This document shows positions 42,101 to 54,381 of a stretch of DNA of 64,000 nt, piece by piece. The DNA is taken from NCBI RefSeq assembly GCF_009914755.1, contig NC_060931.1; one strand, written 5' to 3'. Under the pieces are notes generated by a model that saw only the letters and a list, made by a program, of their open reading frames with translations, was not told the origin of the DNA and ran no database searches. Each line of letters starts with the position of its first letter. The first letter of the stretch is position 1. A program made the translations under genes and the position numbers. Origin of the DNA: the human T2T-CHM13v2.0 reference genome, Homo sapiens.

Positions 42101-42765
42101 AACATCCTATCAGTCCATACTACTTATGACATTATGTTACTGGGACCCAGGGAGAAAGAAGTAGCAAGTATGCTGGGGGCCTTAATAAGTCACATGCCCT
42201 TCAGATGATGGGAGATATACTCTACAAAGATTCAGTGGCTTGCACCATTGTTGGTTGCTTGCTTTCACCAGAGGACACAATAAGTTTCCCATTAAATGAC
42301 AAAGTGTGGCTGCCACCCAGTTGCTTCACATTCCTCATACCAAGAGAAGAGTAGACAAGAAAAAGAGTCAGCCTCCTGGCATGAGTAATTGATTCTGATC
42401 CCCAGGAAGTGAGAGGGCTGCTTTGGGAGCAGGGAAAACTATGTTTGGCACCCAGGTAAACTGCTTGGGTGTCTCTTAATGGAAAATAGGTAAATACAGC
42501 TGTCACAGCCTAGTTTTATACCTGCCAGGTAAACCACTTGGACCAGATGGGACGGGGAAACTAGAATAGGTAGTAAAGGAGGAAGACAATGAGCATCACT
42601 TGTAGCCACCAGAGCAGCGGCTATGGTGAGAGCACTAGGTCATTCCATTCACCTTCCTCTTGTATGTTTCCCCAGGAAAAGAAGACCACCAGAATCTAGA
42701 AGAGCTGCTGTCAGAACTTATGATAGGAAGCAAGTGACTCTGAGGTGCAAAGAGTGGACTGCGGT
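39136..42765 (+). mobile_element. ERVL internal region (ERV3-16A3-like) with gag and pol remnants
   Basis: RT remnants: QYHIP.G, KDAG, GSWKMTVD, AAMDLTNAFFS, KQFSFTW, TVLPLG.VNS, VHTTYDIMLLG (cf. ERVL VHYIDDIML); PPT-like aaagagtggac before the 3' LTR. Confidence 0.82.
39827..40339 (+). mobile_element. MLT1F-like solo LTR nested in the ERVL gag region
   Basis: tgtgctgggcagtct...ccccagtcaagccttca...ggggtaatttgttatacagcaatagataa..aataca. Confidence 0.85.
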
Positions 42766-43197
42766 GAACCTGCAGTGTATCACCCAGGTTTATCGCCCCC
42801 TTCAGGACTCAAGCACTCATTTCCCCACCTGCAGGGAATGTTGGTGGCTAACAGCTATCAGCTCTTGCTCTTCAGGCATTGCCCTTTGCTGAACAGTTTC
42901 TTTGCCCAAGATCACATCCCCATCCCAGGGACATCTGATATCCAATGATTAACTGATGTAGGGCTATAAGACCAACCTCAATTCAAAATAACCTTGAAGG
43001 GTTATTGCAGCTACACAGCCACTGATGGGATTAGTGAAGTTTTCTTACAACTGCATCAGAATTCTCCTTCTCCCTGTGCCCAGTAATGCTATCTACACTT
43101 TCCCAAAAGTACCGATCTCAAAAGGACTCCTCAGTAACGTTCCTGCATGCAAATCTCCATCTCATAATCTGTGTCCCAAGGAACCCAACCTGCAATG
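42765..43197 (+). mobile_element. LTR16-type 3' LTR
   Basis: cacccagg...cttcaggactcaagcactcatttccc...gcaaatctccatctca...ggaacccaacctgc. Confidence 0.8.
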
Positions 43198-44599
43198 CAT
43201 GCATTGTCTCATTTGATCCTCTCCACAAGATCAGAACTGCTATTATCCCTATTTTACAGTGGAAATTCAAGCCCCAAGAGCTTCAGTAAACTTGCAAACT
43301 CCCTGATTTTAGAGTCTATGCTCTTAACCAACCTGGATCAGCAAACTGTAATCCCTATGCTAGAATTAGGCAAATATTTCCCTGGATGAGACGCTCTAGG
43401 TGCAGCCAGCTGAGCACTAACTCGTCAGATGTTTCTTTTCATCATGTGTTCCCTGGGACCTACCTGGAAATTTCAAAGGAAGGTAAGAGAGAACTTCTGC
43501 AACCCAGCTCCTCTCTCCAGGCTCTTTAAGCCTCCTCACCTTATTGCTCTGGGTTCCAGGGGTCTTCTGTGAGCTCCCAATCAAGTTTAGCATTCTCTCC
43601 TGTGCTTGTGATGTTGTGCAGAGGAGTCCTCCTGACATGATCAGCTGCCACCCCAGCCACCTGGGTCCCAGATCTCAAGATAACTGGAGTGACCCAAATG
43701 CAGATCTTGGTCTTCTGAATCCAGTTGTTTAATAAGTGATTTGTGGCTGGACAGTTACATAACTGTAGAGATCACCCAGGTTTGTATGGGGTCTCACTTC
43801 CCTCTCCACCCTCAGATTGTCTGTCCCTCCCTAGAGTAAAGCTACGTCACATAGTCTCCCCCAAGTTCCAATGTGTTAGTGCCAGATATACAGAATGCTT
43901 GTTGGGAATGTGGCTTAAACTGTCTCTACTGTGACAGAAGGACAGACTGTCATCAACTGCTGCAGGTAACCTAGAAACCCTTTGTCTTTCACAACAACTT
44001 TTTGTTATTTTATTCTCTGAGCCATCTCTTAGACAATGTCTGGATTCCCATCAACTTCTGCACATAAACAATATTTATAAGTAACCAGGCAGAGCAATGG
44101 AGTGTGTTTAGTCATTTTGCATAAGAACTTCCCTTGCACAAGTTCTATATATAACTCAGTTGGCAACCCCCTTTTCTACCCATTGAGGCACCAGTGCAGA
44201 ACATGTTCTTAGGAGCACTCACAGCCCCTCCACTGTGGGTTTCTTGAGGTAATAGAAAGAAAATTCCAGGTGTTACTGTTCCCCAACCCCTTAAATACAC
44301 AGCCCCCAGTGTCTCCTACACTTAGCCCCCATTACTCCCAATCATGGTTCCTCTGTTTATGAAGGTCTGCCTCCTTCCTCTGCCCCACATGTCAACCTCA
44401 TTTCTGTCCTTGTTCTCTTCCCATGGCACTTTCCAGCCTTCTCCCCACAGCAGGATCTCCTTTGACTCTCTTCAATAATCTGCATACACTGTGTGCTTCC
44501 CCAAGATACCATCCCTGAAGAGCCCCATTTCACTCTGACTATTCACAAAGCCTCATTAGCATGTTCTTGTACAGTACTCACTAGCTTTGAATGGAACCT

Positions 44600-44820
44600 G
44601 ATGCCCTTTTAGAGTCAGAATACTAAGTTCAGACACTGCCACTTACAGGAATGTGATCTGGGGGAAGTTCCTTAACTTCTCCAAGCTTCACTGTTTTCAC
44701 TTGTAAAATGGCAATAGTAAAGCCTACCCAATGTGCTTGCAGAGAGGACGAATGAGGTAACGCAGTAAAAAGTAACCTTTAAATTTTAAAGTTCTATATG
44801 AATGTGAGTTATCATTATTG
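44600..44820 (+). mobile_element. MIR
   Basis: ctgccacttac...aagttccttaacttctc...ttgtaaaatgg. Confidence 0.75.
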
Positions 44821-44956
44821 TGTTGTTTCTCCCCTCTGAGCTCTCTGAGGTCACATCTTTTACTTCCTTTCTCTCCCTGGGTCACACACAGTGACAGTAA
44901 CACTGTAAGCTAATATTAGATGCAGAATTAAGAATGAATAAAAGAAAACCACTCAC

Positions 44957-45047
44957 CAATCAGAATTAGGCAAAATCCTAACCATATTAAATCTATTGTA
45001 GACTGTTCCACAGAGTCAATCTAGAAACTGCTCTATAGGGAAACATC
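44957..45047 (-). ncRNA. Candidate non-coding exon of a divergent (- strand) transcript
   Basis: Acceptor ttttcatgtcttttcag|G and donor TTG|gtgagt on the - strand; stops in all 3 frames. Confidence 0.3.
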
Positions 45048-46000
45048 CTGAAAAGACATGAAAATTCATTTACAGTACATGCTTGCAAATTTATGCTGAG
45101 AGGAAAAGGAATAGCATCAAAACACATCCACTCTTCCTTCTAACACAGGGCCAATGTTGCTAACAAGAGACAGGCTGGCCTCGGGAACACTTGTTAGCTT
45201 TTCCCAAAAAGGCTGCTACCTTTAAATGACCAGTTATCTCCCTTAAAGAATCATTTTTTATCCCATAATATCAGTTCCTCTTCAACATCTGATGCAACTC
45301 TTAGTGTTTTCCATTGCTTTCTAGCTGTGTCAGATTTCCCTAGAAGACAGAAATGAAAGTGATGACTAAGAAGATTGCACTGAAATTTCAAATATTTGGC
45401 CTACACATTGATTCCCCCACCCACCCCTCCTATTCCGGTCTTCTTGCCCTCCACGGGGGGAAATCACTATTTCTGTGCAGTGTAAAACCTTCAGCTTTCA
45501 CCATTACATGTAGACTTACAATCTTTAAACACAAATTTAGTTCATTTAGTTGGAACCACACAAAGTAGAACCTACTTGGAGATTTCAGATTTTTTTTTCT
45601 ATTTCCCTGACGATCTTCTAAAGATATAGAAAGTTACATGTCAGAAGTATACCAATCGTGATCAGTTTCCCCTGTCACTTAGAAGCGACAAAGCATTTAC
45701 TTATCTCCTCCACAGTGGCCCATTTTCTATATCGCAATCTTGCCTCCAAGTCAAATTGTTCAAAGCACCATGTCTGGAATGAAGAAGGGCACTGGGAAAA
45801 AAGAAAAATAGCAAGATGGAGGAAATACCAATCATATGCAGTATTTCTTCAGGCCATCTCAACATACTTCACATTTCCTTCACAGGAACAAGATAAGATT
45901 TCTCAACTGGGTATTTCTTTTAAACGTCCAAACTTGGCAGTACTTTAATGGATATCTAAGATAATTAAATGATTAGGGTGACGTATTAATATAGGTCATC

Positions 46001-46445
<445 letters not shown>

Positions 46446-46481
46446 TCACTAGGTCTCCCAAGCTTCCAAAAGGTAGATCAT

Positions 46482-46555
46482 GTGCTCGCTTCAGCATCAC
46501 GTATACTAAAATTGCAACAAAACAGAGAACACTAGCAATTTTAAAAAATAAAAAT
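46482..46555 (+). pseudogene. U6 snRNA retropseudogene, 3'-truncated (~nt 1-56) plus A-rich tail
   Basis: gtgctcgcttcagcatcacgtatactaaaattgcaacaaaacagagaacactagca matches the U6 5' end; TSD-like aaaggtagatcat / aaagcagatcat. Confidence 0.9.
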
Positions 46556-46889
46556 AAAGCAGATCATTAGACGACCAAAACTGTCATGGAGGGATCTTTC
46601 ACATGGACAAGTGGTACCCCCGGTGTAGTTCGGAGCATCCCACAGGAACTCTACACCACCTCAATGTAGTGATTGAAAGCCAGGCACTGGAAGGACAAAG
46701 TTGAGCAAAACCACCCCGAAACATAAGAAGTTCCTGGCCCTAGGCTGACTCCCTAGCAGGTCATTTTACACCAGTCACGGAAAGACAGAGGGGCAGGAGT
46801 TGAGGGGGAAGTGGGGGCCCAGGGAAGGAGTTATCTGATCAAATCTTAAAGGATAAACAGGAAACTGGACAGCAAAAGGGGAAAAAAGT

Positions 46890-47760
46890 AGCCAATCCGG
46901 GCAAAGACAGCACCATCAACAAAGAATCAGGACGAACAAGAGAATGCCCTGTGCAAACATCAGCAAACGTCTGCCCCGTGTGTGTTTGTGTGCGGCCGCC
47001 AGGTGTGGCGTCATGGCTGCCATTTTGTTCTTCTCTGGTTGGCTCCTTGGGCGCCTACAGCCTGTGAAGCACTGCCTGACGCCTACCGCTCGCCCACCTC
47101 CCCGCCTCCTCCGGGCGCTGCAGCCTCCAGGGATCCCTCCGCCCCCCACCCCCGGGAAACCTGGAAGTGGCCACCCGGCCCGGTGGTCCGAGGTGAGCTA
47201 AGGAAGGAGCTTTACCCACCTCGTGGCCCGCAGTGATGAGGCGGCCCGAGCAGCGGGTCGTCTTCCAGAAGAGTCAGAGAAACAGTCCTGGCTTGCTTCA
47301 CCTCAGCCCCCTGGGTTCCCTCCAAACCAGAGGACGCAGAAATGCCTGGGTCTGAGGGGGCTGGGTGTGCTCGGCCTGGGTAGTCTCGAAAGTCGCCAAG
47401 GCTACCTCAGAATCCCCCGCCCTCCGGCCAAGCTCCTCTCCCCCAGGCGCTGCCCCACGCTCCTCGCCGCCCTTCCCTCTGCCTGGGGGCCGGCGAGCTT
47501 GTGGCCGCCCAGATACGCCTGGATCCTCGCCGGGACCTCGGTGGAGCGCTTCCTGCCCTCGGCACCCCTACCCCCGGTGGCCCAGACGCGCCCAGGTCCT
47601 CGCCTGAGGAAACTCCGAGGACACCCGACCTCCCGCTCTCTCTCAAACCGCCCCCCTTCGCCCCCCTGCCCGCGTCGTTTCTTTCTCCTGCTCTCCAAAT
47701 GGCTTTTCCACACCAGAAACTGAACAGCAAGTGTGGCCCGGCGCGTCTGGGGACAGGGTG
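46890..47760. promoter_or_regulatory. CpG island / promoter
   Basis: High GC and dense CpG against a CpG-depleted background; NotI site 46992; CCAAT 46892; TGGCGTCA 47006; GCCATTTT YY1-type 47019; GC boxes. Confidence 0.9.
47013..47192 (+). other. Candidate first exon / 60-codon open frame ending at a splice donor
   Basis: gtcATGG strong Kozak at 47013; GAG|gtgagc donor after 47192; phase 0. Confidence 0.4.
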
Positions 47761-48029
47761 GAGGGGGACTGACAGTTTTACACTCTTCAGTAGTTGTGAG
47801 TGTTGTACTGTTGTGTGTGGATTGCTTATTCCCGAAGTGTAACTTGTTTGGAAAATTAATTGCGAAAGAAAAGTCATTTTTTTGAGCCCCAGAGTTTTCA
47901 GAATATTTTGCGCAATGCCATACTGATGCTCGCCTTCCCTTTGTACTCAAAAGGCTTCATTGAAACGAATCACACTGGCTAAAAGTCAGTTTGGTTTGGT
48001 GTCGTGGTGGTGGTGGTGAATGAGTCACA

Positions 48030-48256
48030 TAGGTTAAAAACTCAGTTTGTGGTGGTAGATCTCAGATACTAAACCCACTGTGAGATCTTAATCAAGTGTC
48101 TTTACCTCTCTGTGCCTCAGTTTCCACATGTGTAAAATGGGAATAATTATAGTACCCATGTCACAGATTTATGGTGAGATGAAATGAACTCACGTATATG
48201 AAGCACTTGGTGTCTGCCACAGAGTGGATGCTGGAGAATGGCTCACTGCCATTATC
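48030..48256 (+). mobile_element. MIR
   Basis: tacctctctgtgcctcagtttccacatgtgtaaaatgggaataat. Confidence 0.85.
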
Positions 48257-48375
48257 CTTATAGATTGCCGCTCACCTCTGTCACCTTTTGCTCCAGTCTG
48301 TGGTGAGAAGTTTCAGGGAAGTAAAGCATGCCTCTGAGAAGGATGATACGTGGATTGAGTAGAAAAATGGAATTC

Positions 48376-48682
48376 CATGTTGGTCAAAGGGTAAAAATTT
48401 TCAGTAATAAAATGAGTAAGTTCTGGGAGTCTAACATATAGCATAGTGACTATAAATAATAATATTGTATTGTTTACTTGAAATTTCCTGAGAGTAGATC
48501 TTAAGTGTTCACATACACACAATGGTAGTTATGTGATATGATGGATGTGTTAACTTGACTGTGGTAATCATTACTCTGTGTATGTGTATATATGTGTGTA
48601 TATATGTGTGTGTGTATATATATAGTCATCACTTTGATATACCAAATTTTTATTTGTCAATTTACCTCGATAAAACTGGAAA
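48376..48682 (+). mobile_element. L1MA/MB 3' end with internal (TG/TA)n repeat
   Basis: ttggtcaaagggta...aagttctgggagtcta...gagagtagatcttaagtgttc. Confidence 0.8.
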
Positions 48683-49118
48683 GAATGAAATTTGAGAGTT
48701 TTCAAAACCTTAATCTCCATCCTGCAGGAGAAACATTTCCTTTCCCCTGTGGCACACAGGACAAAGTATAGGAGCTGAGTCAGGGACAAGGGCCCAAGCT
48801 CATGCTCCTCCACTAGCCTGTGGGTTGATTCTTGGGCAAACTGCCAATGTCTCTAAGCCTCAATTTGTTCACATGGAGCCAAGTGAGCCCCATGTGTATG
48901 AAAGGGCTTTGTACCCACTAAAAGCCTGAAAATTTGAGGTGCAGTTATTTTGAAAATACATAATTGATGGCCTATAAATAGAACAGGTGAGTTAAGTGGA
49001 ACATTGACAACCATATGGAAGTTTATACAGTGCCACGAGAAAAGCTTGATTTTTTTGTTAAAGCTCAGCAGCGGTTAAATCAACTGCTAAAGGAAGAGCC
49101 CCTTCCCAGAATGTTTTC

Positions 49119-49375
<257 letters not shown>

Positions 49376-50212
49376 CCTCAGAATGTTTTCTTGATGGGGT
49401 TGCTGGCACTTGCTCTTCTGCCACTGCGGTAGGGTAGAAAAGCCCTGTGACTCTGAGGGATTCCCTTTCTTTCTCTTCCAGATGTTTCCTCTGGGATCCA
49501 CACTCTGGGTCCTTTCATATCTCTGGAAATAAATTGTCCCCTTCAAATTCAAAGCACCAAAACATACTGCAAGTTCCCACAGTTCAGGCTGCAACTACTT
49601 TTAATCAGTTCTAAGAAATCTCAGGGAACCAAGTTCATCAGTTCCGTGACTTCAGAATAAGTCACCTAATCTCTCTTGGCTGCAGCTTCCTTACAAGGAA
49701 AACGATATACCTCAAATTCTGAGTCACATGAGCTTGGCAGAAATGTAAACAGAGTTTCCACTGTTTCCTATCTCTCTATCCTTTTCTGGTTAGTTCCATG
49801 AACTTCCACCCCTAGACACAGGCTGAAATCCACCTCACCCTCAGCAACCTTGGATTTTGAAGAAGGTGGGGCCTGAGTTGTTTTGAGTTCTCAGTTGCAA
49901 AGTGCTGTTCTCAGGCCAGCCCTGGCCTACCTGCCTAGAGCTATTGTTAGTAAATTCTTGCTTAGTGAAGAGACAAAGGAAAAATGCATGTCTGAATGGA
50001 TTAGCTTGATCACTCATTCAACAAATATTTACTGAGTGTGTCTATTATTTACCATGGCTTACAGTTCTCTAAGGAGGTGATCCACCTGTTAAGTGGAGGT
50101 GGAGGGGGTAGGGGAGGCTTCCCTGAGGAAGTGAGACCTGAAGGAAGAAGAGGAATAGTCAAGAAAGCCAGTCCACAGCCCTGCAGTGGGAAAGAAGGAA
50201 GTAATGAATGCA

Positions 50213-50266
50213 TGGATGGATGGATGGATGGATGGATGGATGGATGGATGGATGGATGGATGGATG
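50213..50266. repeat. (GGAT)n tetranucleotide repeat, probably seeded by an L2 tail
   Basis: Direct reading; flanked by tgaatgaa-type L2 end. Confidence 0.95.
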
Positions 50267-53200
50267 AAAAAATGAATGATTGAATAAACGAAAGGACAGA
50301 CCAATGAATAAGCGGTCCGGCCTCCCCCTTGGTTACTGGCACGCTACCCTCAGTGGATTTCTTTCTCAATTAGCACATCCTATTGCCAGGCACATGTGAT
50401 GACATTCAATCCTATAAAGCAGTTATGAGTCTTGGACACCTACCACTGTGATGAGAAGAGACTCCTGCAGCACTTACACAAACATTTCCAGGGTTCCTAC
50501 TGGTTGGAAAGCACTCATTATCCAAATGAAGGGCGGAGAAATCTCAGACTTTTTCTACTTCAGAGGAGCCATTCCTTTCAGCTTTTCACATTCACCCCCA
50601 TTTTTTCTAGTTAATAGCTTCCATTTCAGCCCTCTCCATTGTCAACATCATTGAAACATCTCATATGGGCTACAGAATTTTCATTTTTTGGGTTTGGTTT
50701 TGCGTTCTGGGTGTGTGTATGTGTGGTGGTTTTCGGTTTTTTGTGTGTTTTTTTGCAATAAAATCCAGTAAATACCATATAGACTTCAACTGTGTCTTTC
50801 TTTCATGGTAAAAAAATACTCAAGGGAGATAAGTTCACTACGTAGAAAGAAGAAAAACTTTTGCTATTCCTGAGAAGGGGAGAAGGAGGGAAAAACAAAA
50901 ACCCCTGTAAATGTCACTAGTGACTAACTCCATCTATTTTTGGAAGGCCCTAGGGGGTTTTAGGGCTTTCCATGCAATAGATTAAATAGTAACATTCCTC
51001 TGAAAAGGAATGTGCAGCCTTGCTCCCTGGAGTGCTCACCTGCAAGAGCTGTCATTAAGGGCCCAAAAGGCGAGTGGAGTTGATGGGGCCCACAGCGCAC
51101 AAAGCTTCCATCTTCACCTCCACCAGCTCTCAGGGACCATAGAACATTGGCGTCTTTTAAGCCCATGAGTCAAGTGTGTCCCTTGTCTGCTAGGTTTCCC
51201 CAGGCCACTGTGGACATGTGACTGTGCCTTTTTAGCACCTGCTTCTTCTGTCATGAACTCCATGAATACCTGACTTAAGACAGCAGACCTTTCAGGTCAG
51301 ATGCCCAGGTTCATTCCCATGAGCTTGCCCTGAGCCCTATCAAATCAATGTGTCTCCAAAGAAATATACCGCTGTCAAAATTTAGAAAGCTCGTTATTGT
51401 TAAAAAAAAAAAAAAAAATCACATTTGTATTATGCTGGTATTTGTTGGAGGAGGAGTGGACAAAACAGCAAAGAAATATGACCTGGCTGTGGTGTTTAAG
51501 TACTACCATGTTTAAAAGGACTTATACTTGGAACTTTGTTTTTTCCCATACCAGGTTGAAGGTGTTAGGTTAAAAATAAGTTTTTACAACGGTGGTTCAT
51601 TATATGAATCTCTCTACTTTTGTGTAACTTCATGCAGGAAATTTTCCACGATAAATGGTTACAAAAAGAAAGATAAGTAACACAGCATTTCACATGCCAC
51701 AGGATCCTTGCTGCTTTACTTCCCTTCTTCGGCTCCACTAAGACTCCTCAACTAGCAACCTCTGAAAGATGAGCTTCCAGCTGTGTTATGCCTTAACACC
51801 TGGAATCCCGGATGTTGCCACCGGAATCCCAACTCATTTCATTTCAGTTGCTTAGAAGCAGGGCTCAATTTTTTACATCTTAACATTTTACCAATACTTC
51901 CATAAAGGAACTCTGTCCTCACCATGATAGAAATTAAAGGTTCTATTAAAGTTTTTGTCTAAGAAGAAAATTACATATTAACAGGCATTCTGGTGTTATT
52001 TTTACCCTTTACTTAAAAGGTTAAGGTTCTAAGGACATTAAAAAATTGCAATAGTATTATTGGGAGTAAATTTCATTCCCATGTTTAGGAAACATGAATT
52101 AGCAAATGATGATGTCATAGTTGAATTTTGCAATACAATTAAGGATTTTATAACTACCTTAAGTCTAAATCACAATACATATAAGGCATGGAAAATAAAT
52201 TCTATAAATGTCATTGTCACAAATAAAAAATCCATTGAACATTTACAAAGTTAATAATAATTCATAATGTGCTTATGAATAATCATGAAGGTGAAGTATA
52301 TTAGCTTAAGAACTTCTTAAGAATTGTTATAAAAATTCCACATTCCATCTACACCACTTCTGGTTAGCAGGGGTATTCTACTCCTAATTAAAAACGCTTC
52401 TCTTAGCAGATGTTTTCTAATACACCCAAGGCCAGAACAAGTTGGCTTCCCCTTCCCTCCTGCCCTGTAGATGGAGACTGGCAAACACATGGATAGGACA
52501 GACAGCTGAGGACTGAATGCCAACCTTAACCAGAGCACTATCCCACCCCATTCCACAGCTTGGCCCTGACATCAAACCAGCTTCCTGGGCTCCAGATTAG
52601 AACAGCAAGCAAATTCCTCATGTTCCATTAAAGTGTCCTTAGATAATTCAAAAGAAAACCTTACAATCTGCTTGAAAATATGGGTCATTTTGAACTAATA
52701 GGATGACAGCCAGTCTGAATTCATGAAAACCCACTTTATACTTTTTTTTTTTTCCATAAGAAGTGCTGCTACACCCCTGGGCCCATCTGCAGACGAGCTG
52801 CCCTGCCCAAGCATTTGGGGAAGCAGCCCCCTTTATACTTTAAGTAATTTATAGAAGTTTTTAAAAATATTTTTATTACTTTCAAAATCATGATGTAATT
52901 TAGGATAAGCTGGCAAAGTACTGTTTTATGGGTATTTCTTGCTTAGTGGCTAGGTACGAAAGACTTCCAAGGCAACCATTCATTAAGTTCTAAATTTTCT
53001 AAATACAACTTGGAAATCATTCATTCTTTGAGTTTTGTTTGTTTTTAAGCTTTTAATAAAATTATATTCCCACTCAAACGTAATAACAATGGTTCTCACC
53101 AGTTAGAATTGAGATTTACCACTGGCCACACTATCTTAATTAGGCTATGACCTCTTGTTGGAGCAGGAGTTGCAGGCAAGCCTTCAAAAAGGCCATGCTG

Positions 53201-54234
53201 CACCACCTGGGCTTTCTCAAGAAACTCTGCTCGGGAGGAGAGGACCTGGCAATCTGGATATGCAAATGCAGAGCAAAGCGTGACTCAAGGGCATCAGTGC
53301 AGCTTCCCAGAGGTGCCCAAGCAGAGCAGGGGTGCCATGTTGAGGATGAGTGCATGCTGTTATTTCAGCATACAAGTCAGTTCGGGTCGCATCACATCCA
53401 TGTCCCTCTCTCACCCTCACACACACAGCAAGTGCACTTGCTCCATGTATCAGCCTTCTTTCTCTTGCCCACAGCTGTCCTGCAGAAGTTGATATATTGA
53501 CCCACATTCCAGAATCCTGAGGAAGCCTAGCCCAACTTCTTGAAAGCCAGCACCAAAATACTCTTATTTGTATATTAAATGAGAGAATCAAAATTCCAGT
53601 ATGCTTTGTCTGATGAAAAAGATGCAGGGAAGTGAAGCTCCATGTAAACAATTACCCAAGTTCAGAAAGGCATGATTTGGCCAAGCAGATATGAATCATT
53701 ATAAAAGCAAGACTTCTAGTTTTACTTGAAGAGTTAAAGATGTGTGTTTATTTCCTCCAAACCTACTTAAAGGACATTACAAAAACAAATTTTAAGAAAA
53801 AATAACACTAAGCAGCCAAGGCAGTCTGCCTGTAGGACTCCAGCCACCAGAGTGGGCAGAGTGCAATACCAGCAAAAAACAGGATTAGGGGATAGGGTCA
53901 AACTGGAATGAGGAAACATGTCCACACACATCCACACCAATATTGCCCATGTTGTCAACCTTTTGGAGGCTCAGCTTCAGAATGCTTGGAAGGCAAGTTT
54001 CTGTCCTTTAGGCAAGAGATTAGACAACTCCCCTCAGGGGAAACTAAATATCAAAGGGAAACCTGCCTTTGCACATTTAAATGTACCCCTTGCACATTTA
54101 AAGTTCTTCCAATGGAAAAAAATGGGAGACCTGCCAGATCACCCTTCAGAGAAGCCCAGCAGCTAATGAAATCCCCCTAAATAAGGCTTCCAATCAACAT
54201 TTCAGTGCCTCTCCCTTAAAAATAAGTGACCAGT

Positions 54235-54381
54235 GCTGGGTGGGGTGGCACAAGCTGGTAATCCCAGCTACTAGGGAGGCTGAGGGGGGAACATTCCTTG
54301 AGCCCAGGAGTTTGAGTCCAGCCTGGGCAAAAAAGTGAGACTCCCATCTGTAAAAAATAACTAAAAAACAAAAATAAATAA
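54235..54381 (+). mobile_element. FLAM/FAM monomer
   Basis: Single monomer; TSD aaataagtgacca / aaataagtggcca. Confidence 0.85.

Noticed and set aside
47223-47950. Long overlapping ORFs (166, 182, 156, 113 aa) in the CpG island
   Set aside because: Non-ATG starts, all frames open because of high GC, low-complexity P/R/G content, no recognisable domain
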